From assembly GCA_017421025.1 (NCBI GenBank), contig JAFQME010000024.1, positions 2,820 through 66,819 of the forward strand: 64,000 nucleotides of DNA. Direction: 5' to 3'. The notes beneath the pieces are model-generated. The model made no database searches. It saw nothing but the letters and a program-made list of their open reading frames with translations, and was not told where the DNA came from. The position numbers were made by a program, and so were the translations under genes. The DNA comes from Oscillospiraceae bacterium. Its GTDB lineage: Bacteria > Bacillota > Clostridia > Oscillospirales > JAAYXM01. Of this stretch, positions 1 through 10,016 are shown one piece after another (the stretch's first letter is position 1; each line of letters opens with the position of its first letter).

Positions 1-1864
1 TTTGTGTGGCAAGTTCTCCTTCGGTTTTGGTTACCGAATAACGATAGCCGGCGGGCAGATCGTTGGGATCGGAATATGCGTCGCCGTCTGAAGTGCGCAT
101 GGAATACCCGGAATAATCATTGGTATAGGTGTAAGTGGATTTTTCACGTTGAACGGTGTCGTTATAGAAGGTTTCATAGCGCTCTGCTACACGGAAAATC
201 TCACGAGCTCCGTCTTGACCGTGGTTGACGGTGATTTTGTCGTAAGAATAGTGAGAAGTCAGCCCGGTCGGGTATTTAATCGTGCTGAGATTGAGCACTG
301 TGTTGTATTTTTGGCTTCGAGCGAGAGATTTATTGCCAAGCGGTTCATCGGTGCAATACACTTCTTCGGAGATGTAGCTGAAAGAAGTAGTTTCGTACTG
401 TGCTGCGCTTCGAAATCCATCTGTAATAGAGAAGAGTTGGAACGGCTCGTCGATATCAGGTGTGCTGGTGTACAGATCGCAAAGTTCGTGTTCTAATCCA
501 CCTTCCCGAAGGAAAATGCGGGTGTTAAAGCGATAGGGCTGTATACTGGTGTTAGGAGTATCAAGACCGTAATCAAATTCAATAATGCGACCTGCCGAGT
601 CGACAACTTGGTAGAGCGCACCATGTGCCATTTCGAACGAAATTTCCCCATCTTCGGGGAATCCTGAACCTTCGAACACACAGTAATAGAAGAATTTGAG
701 TTCATTACCCCATTTGTCACCAATTACACGGATTTTGCCTTTGGAGTCGAACAATTCATACCGTCCGTTTTTGTAGGACACCCGGTAACGATAATTGTTT
801 TGGGTGTTCGGGTCAAGCTCTGTTATTGTGATGTCGGAAAGCGGGTAGTCTTCCAAGGTGTAAGAGGAGTCCCCGGTTGGAATCAGACGGTAGCCACCAC
901 CGCCTTGCATACGGTAAGAAATGACAAGCTCGTCGTTTGTACGATATTCCGGAAGACCCCATTCTAAACTGGAGGAAATTGCGGGAAGATCCAATGACCA
1001 ACCGACACCGTAAGGAGAGGATACGGGGTTTCTAATTGCTATCTCGGGGTTATAGTCATCTTTGCGATACCAGTCAGGCCACCAAGGTTGTCCATCGGTG
1101 TGTGTAAACTCGCCATAATACTGGTTGCTATTTCCGGTGAAAAGCAAATCCAACTTGAGATCCATGCCATTTCTTCCGGGAATGTCGACAATGGTTTGGC
1201 GGTAGGAGAGTGTCCCTGAGGATGCACTAACCAGTTCGTTGTTTTTTACATCATATGATGTTGGTGCACTGATAAGATCTCCTCCGATTTGCGACGGCTT
1301 TTCACGGGAGTCTGTATCGGATGAGTTTGATTGCATTGTGTTTGATGGGATATTGGTTGTGTGGAGCGTGAGCGTATCGGACGCAAACTCGTATGAGGAT
1401 ACCGTGCGGTCGGCCACAACAAATGATTCTCCACGGAGCATAAGTGCAATGATCTGCTTGAGATCTTCTGCCGCAAAACGGTCTTTGTGTAGCTGCAAGA
1501 GATAGAGTTGACTGTTTGCGGTAGCTTCGTCTTCGTATGCAACAATAAATTGTTGGTATTCTGCAGGGGTCAAATCAAGCGAGGCGGCAGCTCGTGCGAT
1601 GCGGATACTTTCGAGGATGTTATATCCAAGCCGTTCACATGTGACAAAATCGGCGTTTGAGATTTGCTGAGATTCTTGTAATAATTCTTTTTCTTCCGGG
1701 GTCAGTTTGCTGTATAAACCAACCTCGGTCAAGTAAATTGTGTTGATGATACCATTGGTCAGAATTTCTGACACAAGCGGTTCTGCATGAGCAGTGAGGC
1801 TCACAGACAAGAGTTGTACTCCCATGACGAGCACGAGGAAAATAGATATAAAACGACGTTTCAT
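1..1864 (-). CDS. Secreted YD-repeat/RHS-like protein, N-terminal ~621 aa (3' end lies beyond the window start)
   Basis: Absent from the ORF track because it is open at the window edge. My reverse-strand read from ATG 1864..1862 (SD AAAGGAGAA 6 nt upstream) is stop-free down to base 2. It starts MKRRFISIFLVLVMGVQLLSVSLTAHA (signal peptide). YD-repeat-like blocks follow: YRVSYKNGRYELFDSKGKIRVIGDKWGNELKFFY, VVDSAGRIIEFDYG, HYSYDKITV. Confidence 0.6.
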   Translation of the reverse strand, partial: MKRRFISIFLVLVMGVQLLSVSLTAHAEPLVSEILTNGIINTIYLTEVGLYSKLTPEEKELLQESQQISNADFVTCERLGYNILESIRIARAAASLDLTPAEYQQFIVAYEDEATANSQLYLLQLHKDRFAAEDLKQIIALMLRGESFVVADRTVSSYEFASDTLTLHTTNIPSNTMQSNSSDTDSREKPSQIGGDLISAPTSYDVKNNELVSASSGTLSYRQTIVDIPGRNGMDLKLDLLFTGNSNQYYGEFTHTDGQPWWPDWYRKDDYNPEIAIRNPVSSPYGVGWSLDLPAISSSLEWGLPEYRTNDELVISYRMQGGGGYRLIPTGDSSYTLEDYPLSDITITELDPNTQNNYRYRVSYKNGRYELFDSKGKIRVIGDKWGNELKFFYYCVFEGSGFPEDGEISFEMAHGALYQVVDSAGRIIEFDYGLDTPNTSIQPYRFNTRIFLREGGLEHELCDLYTSTPDIDEPFQLFSITDGFRSAAQYETTSFSYISEEVYCTDEPLGNKSLARSQKYNTVLNLSTIKYPTGLTSHYSYDKITVNHGQDGAREIFRVAERYETFYNDTVQREKSTYTYTNDYSGYSMRTSDGDAYSDPNDLPAGYRYSVTKTEGELATQ

Positions 1865-1965
1865 GAAGATTCTCCTTTCGTGTTATGTGGTGGTTGTACC
1901 ATTTTCATAGTATCATATTGTCAAATAATTGTCAATTTGGGTGGTTTTTTTGTGCAAGGTGTGAT

Positions 1966-1994
1966 TTGACCTGGAGGGTGGTATGTGGTAAAAT
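1966..1994 (+). promoter_or_regulatory. Sigma-70-type promoter for the 2024 aminotransferase gene
   Basis: TTGACC (1966..1971), 17-nt spacer, TAAAAT (1989..1994) preceded by TGg (extended -10). SD AAAGGAGA lies upstream of ATG 2024. Confidence 0.5.
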
Positions 1995-2023
1995 AAATGT
2001 AACACTGAAAAGGAGACAGAAGC

Positions 2024-3331
2024 ATGAAGAAGTCAACGGATTTTCGTTACAACACCGGCGACACCAAGGTGCCTTGGGCGGCGGTTGGTGAGAATTACAA
2101 TGCAGCGGATCTGATGGAAATGATTCGCTTTATGATGCAGGGGCAGGGTGCTGAGTATGACGAAGCACTGCTCAAGGTTTGGGAGGCGGTCAAGCCGCTT
2201 TCTGAGATTGCAACTCCGCCGGGAAAACTCTCGCTTTCTACAAAAGTGGAAGAAGCAGAGGAGGCTTGTAACGAGTATTTGGGCATTGACACTTCGGTGT
2301 TTGTCACGAATGCGACCAGCGGTTTTGAAATCGCTTATAAATACGCAGGCATCGGTCCGGGGGATGAGGTCATCGTCCCTGCCATCACTTTTGTGGCGAC
2401 CATGGCATATCCGCTTGGTGTGGGTGCAAAGCTTGTGTTTGCGGACATTGATCCCCGCACATTGAACATGGATCCTGCAGATGTGGCTCGCAAGATCACC
2501 CCGAAGACCAAGATGATCGTGCCGGTGCATTTGGGCGGATATCCTGTGGATTTGGATCCGATTCTGGCGCTTGCGAAAGAGCACAATATTTTGGTGCTGG
2601 AAGATGCGGCACACGGCTTCGGTGCAGAGTACAAGGGCAAAAAGCTTGGTACCATGGGCGATTTTGCGGCGTTCTCCATGCATGAAGTGAAGAACATCAC
2701 CTCGTTTGGTGAGGGTGGAATCGTGACCACCACTGTTCCGGGATTCTTAGAGCATATGAAGCGTGCACGCTTCCTCGGAATGGATTTCTCTTGTCCGATC
2801 AAGGATTGGTTGTATAACATCACTCCGATTCCCGGAAAAGAGAAGCCCTTTGTTGCACTCAACTACTCCACCACTGAGATTTGCGGTTTGGGTCTCTCTC
2901 TGCAGGTGGCACGAAACGACGAAATCATTGCAAAACGCCGTGCAGCAGCAACCTATCTCACCGAGCGTTTTGCAGAAAACGATGCAATCATTCCGCAGGA
3001 TTTGGGCAACGACGACATCAAGCCTTCGTTCCATATGTATCTTTTGCAGATTGATCCGCAGAAGGCGGGCGGAGACATTCAAGTGCTGAAAAAGAAACTT
3101 GAAGAGCGTGGAGTCACTCAGATTCCGCACTTCGGTCCGCTCTACCGCTTCAATGTTGTTCAGCAGATGGGCTATGATTCGGACGAAATTGCTGCAACTT
3201 GTCCGAATTGTGAAGAGGTATTTTACCATCGCTTCACTCATCTCCCGCTCTACGGGCTGTCTGATGAGCAGTTGGCTTACATGGCAGATTCGATTCTGGA
3301 AGCTGTTGCAGAAATGCAGGCAGGGAAGTAA
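2024..3331 (+). CDS. DegT/DnrJ/EryC1/StrS-family PLP-dependent aminotransferase (copy 1 of 3)
   Basis: 435 aa. Family blocks: GDEVIVPAITFVATMAYPL, VFADIDPRTLNMDP, FSMHEVKNITSFGEGGIVTT (expected Schiff-base Lys context). Confidence 0.85.
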   Translation: MKKSTDFRYNTGDTKVPWAAVGENYNAADLMEMIRFMMQGQGAEYDEALLKVWEAVKPLSEIATPPGKLSLSTKVEEAEEACNEYLGIDTSVFVTNATSGFEIAYKYAGIGPGDEVIVPAITFVATMAYPLGVGAKLVFADIDPRTLNMDPADVARKITPKTKMIVPVHLGGYPVDLDPILALAKEHNILVLEDAAHGFGAEYKGKKLGTMGDFAAFSMHEVKNITSFGEGGIVTTTVPGFLEHMKRARFLGMDFSCPIKDWLYNITPIPGKEKPFVALNYSTTEICGLGLSLQVARNDEIIAKRRAAATYLTERFAENDAIIPQDLGNDDIKPSFHMYLLQIDPQKAGGDIQVLKKKLEERGVTQIPHFGPLYRFNVVQQMGYDSDEIAATCPNCEEVFYHRFTHLPLYGLSDEQLAYMADSILEAVAEMQAGK

Positions 3332-3340
3332 AAAAGTTAC

Positions 3341-3376
3341 AAAAAAGGCACACTTCCTCACGAAGTGTGCCTTTTT
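3341..3376. terminator. Bidirectional rho-independent terminator
   Basis: Stem aggcacacttc / gaagtgtgcct with loop ctcac, flanked by an A-run and a T-run. Sits between convergent genes ending at 3331 (+) and 3452 (-). Confidence 0.8.
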
Positions 3377-3451
3377 GTGGTTGAAACGGAGTGCCGATTC
3401 CCGAGATAATTCAAGATTCTACCCCAAATGTGCGTCCCCAAGTGGCATATC

Positions 3452-6349
3452 CTAGATGTTATAGAAAATTCTGTACAATGTAGCAATTGTCTGTTCTTTT
3501 GTTATGTTTCCTTTTGGATTAAATCCAGTTCCATCACCTTGCATTATACCTTTTTCATATACAAAGTTTACACTATCATTTGCCCAAGATGATATTCCAC
3601 CAGGAAGATTGTAATTGAAAGCAGTTGTATCATATCCCAATAGCTTTACTGTTCGAGTAAGCATAACTGCAGCTTCTTCACGTGTAATCTCCGCAAGAGG
3701 ATCAAATTTTCCTTCACCCTTACCTTTAATTAGTCCCAATCTGTATGCATAGTCAACATCAATAAACAATGCATCATCAAAAGGTACAGATATCATAGGC
3801 AGTTCATTTTCTTCTAACAAACTATGCACGCTTTTACCCGATTTTCTTTCAATGAAATTTACAAGGAATGTTGCAAACTCTGCTCTGGTTATGCTTTCTG
3901 TGTAATTACATTCAAGATATTCAGGCAAAAATCCTAAAACTTTTGCACCTTTTATACTATCTGTTGCCCAAGGACTGTAATTCGTGGAACGTACAACCAT
4001 CATATATTTACTGTAATCCTCAAAACCACTATACCAATCACTTGTTTTAACACACCGGTCAATAGAATTTAAGCTTGAAAGAACGCTATCACAGTCGGCA
4101 TCTTTTCCGCCTAAAATTTTTGCTATTAACACAGGATTTAAAGCAACAGCAGAAACAAATTTTTCAAATGCGTTCTTTTTCACTTGTCCTTTTTTTACAC
4201 CTTCTACATAACTGATACAGATATTGTCACCATACAAAATAAGGTCTTTATATGCATCTGCCATAACAATTAATATTTTGGCATTTTCAACAGTAGGATG
4301 ATTATTTAAGTCTAATTCTAATGCATCTAGCGAAGTAACCATTGCCTTATCTATTTCATTGATTGCAATAATACATAGTGCATCATAAGATAATTCTGAA
4401 GCATTATATACATTATCTGCAACAAATTTACCTGTTTTATAAGCATATTTATATAGAAGTCCATAAGGATTTTTAGAAATAAAATTCTTGTCGATTTCAT
4501 CCTTTAAAGTATCAACCAAAACTTCAACACCAAATTTACCAAACTCCATAGCAAAAATTATTTCAGGATTTGTTTTTGCATTTTTTATTTTGGTTATAAA
4601 AGAATTAGCTGCAGATGTAAGTTCAGCATTTGAAGAACAAAGTGCAATTTGTTCAAGAGCTTCTATCTGTAAATCTCCAACAGCATTCAGCATATATGCA
4701 TATCTAATAGCATTTACCAATTCTCTGTATGTTTTAAATGCTTTTTGACCTTTTTCAAAATGATAGTTAAGAAAATCTAAAGCTTCTGGAAATCCTGAAA
4801 ACTGCGTAAATTTGATAAGTCTTTCTTCGTCTATTGCTCCGTCTAAAAATTCTGCTGTCATATAATAATTGTCACCAAGGGTATCGTCATACATTTCGCT
4901 GCAAGCATTAACAAACGTTGTTACAGCATTTTCTTCTATTGTATCGGCTATATTGGTTAACAATTCTTTGTTTTCAAAGTTTTCAATCAGTATCTCAAAT
5001 AAAATAATTTCATAAAAATTAGTTGATTTTCCATGAAGTATATCTTCTGTAAGTGAATAATATCCTTTCATTAAAGATGCATCACCAATTGCATTTGCCA
5101 TAATTGTGTGCGGGACATCACTATCTTTATAGAAATTATATTCATGATTATTTGTCAATTTTTTTGCTTTTAATACTGGTGTATCAATATCGGCATTCGC
5201 AAATTGTGTTAGATTCATGATATTTACAGGAATTTGACTAGATGTTGTTGTGCCATCTCCAATAGGGACCCACATTGAAGCCCGTTCAGTATCAGTATTC
5301 CAACACCATAAGCTATTATCATTTTTTATAGCCATGTTAATACCTGCACAAGATATATTTTTTACGTCATCCATAATTTTTGTTGGTTGGAAAAATTCGA
5401 GTTCTGTTTTGCTATGATAAGTTCCCTGCCATGTGCTATGATAAATTCCATGCCATGTCCATACACTTCCATCGGTTTTAAGCACCGCATTTGAAGAAAC
5501 CTGGGCAACATTTTCCATTACCTTGATAGGCACGATAGAAGAACTCGGGTCTTCTACTCCGAAGTCTCCATAACTATTTGATCCCCATGCCCATAATGTT
5601 CCATCTGTTTTTATTGCATATGTTGTATCATTTTTTAAATATATATCCGCAACATCATTCAAAATTTTTATTGGAATGCTTTTATCTTTTGTTGTACCAT
5701 CTCCTAATTGTCCGTCTTCATTATTACCCCACATCCAAAGGCTGTTGTCATTTTTTATTGCAGCACTATGTTGAGTCCCGAGAGAAACTTTTTTCACATC
5801 ATTCATAATTTTTGTAGGAATATTAACTGTCTTGTTCTCACCTGTCCCTAATTGCCCTTTCTGATTATTACCCCACATCCAAAGAGTATTATCCGATTTT
5901 ATTGCTGCACTATATGATCCACCGCATGCTGTGTAAATCACATCATCCATTATTTTTACTGGAATATGCGTACTCTTAGTTGTACCATCCCCTAAATAAC
6001 CAAAAACATTATAGCCCCATTTCCAAAGGGAATAATCTGACTTTATTAATGAACCGTGTGCACCGTTGTTAGGAAGTGAAACAAAAATAACATCATCCAT
6101 TATTTTCAATGGGGTTGTTTGTTTGCCTAAGGGTGCATTCGATGGATATAACCTGCTAAAATCTCCCCATATCCACAAACTACCATCTGTTTTTAGTGCC
6201 GCACTTTGATAGCAACCTGCAGATATCATAGGAGATATTACAACCTCTTCAGATGTGTTGTTTGCAAAAGCATACCCAGCACTTGTTGAGCATATAGTAA
6301 AAACTATATGCAGCACCAACACCAAACTCAAAAATCTTTTCCTCATCAC
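3452..6349 (-). CDS. Surface protein with N-terminal RCC1-type beta-propeller repeats, a long helical middle region and three C-terminal SLH domains
   Basis: 965 aa. Signal peptide MMRKRFLSLVLVLHIVFTICSTSAGYAFA. About 7 repeats of the type LWMWGNN..GQLGDGTTK....P.KIM.DV. C-terminal SLH-like units: ITRAEFATFLVNFI, ITREEAAVMLTRTV, ITKEQTIATLYRIF. Strikingly AT-rich compared with the flanks. Confidence 0.85.
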   Translation of the reverse strand: MMRKRFLSLVLVLHIVFTICSTSAGYAFANNTSEEVVISPMISAGCYQSAALKTDGSLWIWGDFSRLYPSNAPLGKQTTPLKIMDDVIFVSLPNNGAHGSLIKSDYSLWKWGYNVFGYLGDGTTKSTHIPVKIMDDVIYTACGGSYSAAIKSDNTLWMWGNNQKGQLGTGENKTVNIPTKIMNDVKKVSLGTQHSAAIKNDNSLWMWGNNEDGQLGDGTTKDKSIPIKILNDVADIYLKNDTTYAIKTDGTLWAWGSNSYGDFGVEDPSSSIVPIKVMENVAQVSSNAVLKTDGSVWTWHGIYHSTWQGTYHSKTELEFFQPTKIMDDVKNISCAGINMAIKNDNSLWCWNTDTERASMWVPIGDGTTTSSQIPVNIMNLTQFANADIDTPVLKAKKLTNNHEYNFYKDSDVPHTIMANAIGDASLMKGYYSLTEDILHGKSTNFYEIILFEILIENFENKELLTNIADTIEENAVTTFVNACSEMYDDTLGDNYYMTAEFLDGAIDEERLIKFTQFSGFPEALDFLNYHFEKGQKAFKTYRELVNAIRYAYMLNAVGDLQIEALEQIALCSSNAELTSAANSFITKIKNAKTNPEIIFAMEFGKFGVEVLVDTLKDEIDKNFISKNPYGLLYKYAYKTGKFVADNVYNASELSYDALCIIAINEIDKAMVTSLDALELDLNNHPTVENAKILIVMADAYKDLILYGDNICISYVEGVKKGQVKKNAFEKFVSAVALNPVLIAKILGGKDADCDSVLSSLNSIDRCVKTSDWYSGFEDYSKYMMVVRSTNYSPWATDSIKGAKVLGFLPEYLECNYTESITRAEFATFLVNFIERKSGKSVHSLLEENELPMISVPFDDALFIDVDYAYRLGLIKGKGEGKFDPLAEITREEAAVMLTRTVKLLGYDTTAFNYNLPGGISSWANDSVNFVYEKGIMQGDGTGFNPKGNITKEQTIATLYRIFYNI

Positions 6350-6561
6350 TTAACCCTTCTTTCCTTTTCTGTTGATATTTTACTATATTATAACATGTTT
6401 CACATAAAAGAGTAAAGACCATATCGGGACGTATGTTTTTGGTACTGTTCTATTCTCGCCTCTCCTCTTTCGGTTTTTGGTGGTTTCATTTTATCATAGC
6501 GGTGGGGGATCAATTTGGGTTTTGCAAAAAAAGATTGTAATCTTGCATAAATAGAGGTAAA

Positions 6562-8007
6562 ATGGATGAAAAGGAGATGAAAGAAATGAAGACAGTCAAA
6601 GACGTTCTCAAGATGATTGAGGAATACGACATTAAGATGGTAGACTTTAAGATGGTGGATATTAACGGACAGTTCCGCCATGTCACCATCCCTGCAAAGA
6701 ATTTTTCGGAAAAGACCATGAAAAACGGCATCGGGTTTGATGCGTCCAACTACGGTTATGCGGTGGTGGAAAAGAGCGATATGGTCTTTATCCCGGATCC
6801 CGATACCGCAATGATTGACCCGTTCTGCGAAATCCCGACCCTGACCATGACCGGAAATGCGATGATCATTGCATCCCCGGAAAACAAGCCGCTTCCGCAG
6901 TATCCGAGAAACATTGTGCGTGCGGCAGAGCAGTACTTAAAAGACAGCGGTATTGCGGACACCATGCTGATTCTTCCGGAGTTTGAATTTTATCTCTTCG
7001 ATCAGGTGGCATGGGAGGTAAAGCCCGAATCCATCGGTGTGACCGTGGATGCAGAGCAGGCACATTGGAACAGTGCGGAAGAGGGGTTGGGAAACATTGT
7101 TCCCAAGCAGAAGAACTACCACATTGCAAAGCCGTTTGATACCACATACGAGGCAAGAAGCGAGATGTGCATGCTGATTGATGAGGCAGGCATTCCGCTC
7201 AATTATCATCACCCGGAAGTGGGTGCAGGCGGTCAGTTTGAAATTGAACCCGAGCTTGGTGAGATGTCCAAGATGGCGGATGCGACCATGATGATTAAGT
7301 ACATCATCCACAACACCGCCCGGAAGTACGGCCTTTCAGCAACCTTTATGCCGAAGCCCATTATGGGTGAGGCGGGCAACGGGATGCACGTGCATATGCT
7401 GCTGCTCAAAGACGGGGAGCCGGTCTTCTCGGACGACAACGGATATTCCAACTTGAGCCGTGAGGCACATTGGTTTATCGGCGGTCTCTTAAAGCACATT
7501 GGTTCGCTGTGCGCTATTACGAATCCGTCCACCAACTCGTTTAAGCGATTGGTGCCGGGATTTGAAGCACCGGTCACGGTGGGTTATGCAACCTCCAACC
7601 GCAGTGCGGTCATCCGTATTCCGGCATATGCAAAAGAGCCGACCAAGCGCCGCTTCGAACTGAGAAATCCGGATGCGACCTGTAACCCCTATTTCTGCTA
7701 TGCTGCGATTCTGATGGCGGGCATTGACGGAATCAAGAATCAGATCGACCCGAAAGCAAATGGCTGGGGTCCGTATGACATGAACCTGTTCCACTTGCCC
7801 GAAGAGGAAAAAGCAAAACTCCAGCATCTGCCCACATCGCTGGACCAGGCATTGGATGCACTGGAGAAGGATCACGACTACCTCACCGCCGGCGGTGTGT
7901 TCCCGACAGAACTCATCCAAAACTTTATCACGACAAAACGTGCCGAAGTACGCAAGATGAATGCGATTCCGCATCCGGCAGAATTTGACTTGTATTACAA
8001 CTTGTAA
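6562..8007 (+). CDS. glnA: Glutamine synthetase, type I
   Basis: 481 aa. Blocks: GQFEIEPELG, ATFMPKPIMGEAGNGMHVHMLL, NRSAVIRIP, RFELRNPDATCNPY. In-frame ATG 6586 (SD AAGGAGA, 8-nt spacing) is an equally plausible start. Confidence 0.93.
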   Translation: MDEKEMKEMKTVKDVLKMIEEYDIKMVDFKMVDINGQFRHVTIPAKNFSEKTMKNGIGFDASNYGYAVVEKSDMVFIPDPDTAMIDPFCEIPTLTMTGNAMIIASPENKPLPQYPRNIVRAAEQYLKDSGIADTMLILPEFEFYLFDQVAWEVKPESIGVTVDAEQAHWNSAEEGLGNIVPKQKNYHIAKPFDTTYEARSEMCMLIDEAGIPLNYHHPEVGAGGQFEIEPELGEMSKMADATMMIKYIIHNTARKYGLSATFMPKPIMGEAGNGMHVHMLLLKDGEPVFSDDNGYSNLSREAHWFIGGLLKHIGSLCAITNPSTNSFKRLVPGFEAPVTVGYATSNRSAVIRIPAYAKEPTKRRFELRNPDATCNPYFCYAAILMAGIDGIKNQIDPKANGWGPYDMNLFHLPEEEKAKLQHLPTSLDQALDALEKDHDYLTAGGVFPTELIQNFITTKRAEVRKMNAIPHPAEFDLYYNL

Positions 8008-8018
8008 GAAAAAGAAGT

Positions 8019-8060
8019 AGCCTGCTTAAGGCCAACCGCCTTGTGCAGGCTGTTTCTTTT
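8019..8060 (+). terminator. Putative terminator after glnA
   Basis: Outer stem agcctgc / gcaggct with inner pairing aaggc / gcctt, followed by gtttctttt. Confidence 0.5.
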
Positions 8061-8088
8061 GTGGTATAATATGGATGAGGTGATTCCC

Positions 8089-9144
8089 ATGGGAAGACGG
8101 CGCGATTTTGATCTTTTGCGCGTGATTTGCTCGATTGCAGTTGTTTATCTCCATGTTGCGGCCCCTGCTTTGCGGCAGACGGCGAACATGGGTGTTTGGC
8201 ATGTGTCCAATTTTTTGACCGCTGTTTGTACTGCGGCAGTCCCGCTCTTTTTCATGATTTCGGGTGCTTTGGCACTTGGCAGCGATAAGACGGCTGATGT
8301 CGGCGATTTGTTGAAACGCAGGCTGTGGCGGATTGCTGTCCCGTTTGTTGTGTGGAGTGCGATTGCAGTGGGCTGTCTCTATTTGCGTGACGGCAAAACC
8401 GTGGCATACGGTGCGTTGGTGGCGGCTATGGTCCGCCCGGTCATCACCCCGTACTGGTTTTTGTATGCATTCCTTTCCATCACCATGCTCACTCCGCTTC
8501 TGCGCCGCTTGGTAGCAGCACTGGATGAGCGAGGCTGGAAGTATTTGTTGGGATTGTGGCTGGTTTTCAGTGTGTGTTCTTCCACCCTGCGTGGATTCAT
8601 GTCGTATTCTGCCGGACAGTGGTTTGGTTGGTATGCTCCGTATTCGCTCTCGTTTCTTGGGGGGATGCTGGGATACTATTTGCTTGGGCATTGGCTGGCA
8701 AATCTGAAAGTGACCGTAAAGGCTTGGAAGTTTGGGTTGGTTGCTTTGGTATCCGTGCTTGTCATTGCAATCGGCACACGCTGGGCATCCATTCGAATCG
8801 GGGAGTATTCCGAACAGTTTAAGAGTTATCTTGCTCTGCCGGTTGTGGTTCTTGCTGTGAGTCTGTTTTTGCTTGCACGTGTGTTGTGGGAGACAAAAAC
8901 AAGCGGAAAGGTTTTGGGAAAACTTGCGGGTGCAAGTTTTGGGGTATATCTCTCCCATCCGATTCTGATGGATATCATCCGCCGGGCGGCAAGCGGCGAG
9001 ACGTTGCTTCAGATTACGACGCTGCCGATTCAAGCCGTGTATTTCCTTGTGGTTGTGGCAGCCAGTGTGTTGCTTTCGCTCATCATACAGGAACTGCCAG
9101 GATTGCGGTATCTGCTTTTGGGAATTCGGAGAAAAAAGGGTTGA
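8089..9144 (+). CDS. Acyltransferase-3 family membrane O-acyltransferase
   Basis: N-terminal RRRDFDLLRVICSIAVVYLHV motif and about 10 hydrophobic helices. Start moved from track TTG 8041 to ATG 8089 (SD GAGGTGA). An extended -10 TGgTATAAT lies at 8062..8070. Confidence 0.8.
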   Translation: MGRRRDFDLLRVICSIAVVYLHVAAPALRQTANMGVWHVSNFLTAVCTAAVPLFFMISGALALGSDKTADVGDLLKRRLWRIAVPFVVWSAIAVGCLYLRDGKTVAYGALVAAMVRPVITPYWFLYAFLSITMLTPLLRRLVAALDERGWKYLLGLWLVFSVCSSTLRGFMSYSAGQWFGWYAPYSLSFLGGMLGYYLLGHWLANLKVTVKAWKFGLVALVSVLVIAIGTRWASIRIGEYSEQFKSYLALPVVVLAVSLFLLARVLWETKTSGKVLGKLAGASFGVYLSHPILMDIIRRAASGETLLQITTLPIQAVYFLVVVAASVLLSLIIQELPGLRYLLLGIRRKKG

Positions 9145-9199
9145 CTTTTAACGGTGGGGGGCATACAATGACCTTACACACAAGAAAGAGGTGTATTTG

Positions 9200-10012
9200 A
9201 TGCAAAAATTTCAGGAAAAGATGAAACTGTTTTATGACAACGAGGTCATCAACTGGCACGAACACGTGTGGTTCAATGCGGACCGCTCAGGGCTCAACTG
9301 GGCGCATTGTGACAAGTTGGTGGAGTCGGTAAATGCAATGGGAATTGACAAGACCGTGGTTTCCAACCCGGTTACTTGGGACCGCTACTGTAAGCCCGAG
9401 GACTTCCGCTTTGCAAACGACACCGTGCTTGAGGCAATCAAGAAATACCCGAAAGAATTGGCGGGGATGTGCTTTGTCAATGCGGGCTGGAGAGACGAGG
9501 CAATTGCCGAAATCCAGCGCTGCTATGATGCTGGAATGTTGGGAATTAAGCTGTATCACCAGTATTTTATCAACGATACCGTTTTGTTCCCGATCATTGA
9601 GAAGTGCATTGAGCTTGACATTCCGATTCTGGTGCACGCAGGCAAACTCACCGTCAATCCGTTGGAGCAGCCGCATATTTCGGACGGCACACATTTTGCC
9701 GATGTGGCAAAGCGTTATCCGGATGCGCACTTTATTATGGCGCATATCACCGGCGGCGGCGACTGGCAGTGGCAGCTTCGTGCTATTCGTGACTGCAAGA
9801 ACGTGGTCACCGACATGAGCGGCAGTGTTTGCGATCGCCCGGTTTTGGAGCAGACGGTTGCGACTTTGGGTGCGGAGAGACTCCTCTTCGGCACCGACAT
9901 TTCGGTAGGTCCGTGCGTGGGCAAGATGCTCTGCGCTGACCTGTCCGAGGAAGACAAAAAGACCATTCTTGCAGGTACTGCGTACCAGCGTTTTTTGAGA
10001 AAGGGTGTGTAA
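9200..10012 (+). CDS. Amidohydrolase-2 (TIM-barrel metal-dependent hydrolase) family protein
   Basis: Motifs: NWHEHVW (HxH), GIKLYH, ILVHAG, MAHITGGGD, LLFGTD. ATG 9200 with SD AGAGGTG; the track starts at GTG 9191. Confidence 0.75.
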   Translation: MQKFQEKMKLFYDNEVINWHEHVWFNADRSGLNWAHCDKLVESVNAMGIDKTVVSNPVTWDRYCKPEDFRFANDTVLEAIKKYPKELAGMCFVNAGWRDEAIAEIQRCYDAGMLGIKLYHQYFINDTVLFPIIEKCIELDIPILVHAGKLTVNPLEQPHISDGTHFADVAKRYPDAHFIMAHITGGGDWQWQLRAIRDCKNVVTDMSGSVCDRPVLEQTVATLGAERLLFGTDISVGPCVGKMLCADLSEEDKKTILAGTAYQRFLRKGV

Positions 10013-10016
10013 CGGT

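Noticed and set aside
2033-3361. Nested minus-strand and alternative-frame ORFs inside the first aminotransferase gene (2033..2683, 2335..2862, 2747..3361 and others)
   Set aside because: They lie entirely within a gene with clear family motifs and lack independent start signals. The same reasoning applies to the many 60-200-aa nested ORFs listed throughout the track.
6350-6561. GlnR/TnrA box (TGTNAN7TNACA) or T-box leader upstream of glnA
   Set aside because: I scanned the 210-bp region by eye. Only partial matches were found (for example TGTAATCTTGCATAAA) and none fit the consensus. There is no specifier or T-box structure.
8026-9033. 335-aa minus-strand ORF (also the 18622..19632 plus-strand ORF)
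   Set aside because: They are antisense to the acyltransferase-3 gene and the SSS symporter respectively. Both sense genes encode coherent multi-TM proteins, while the antisense products are low-complexity.
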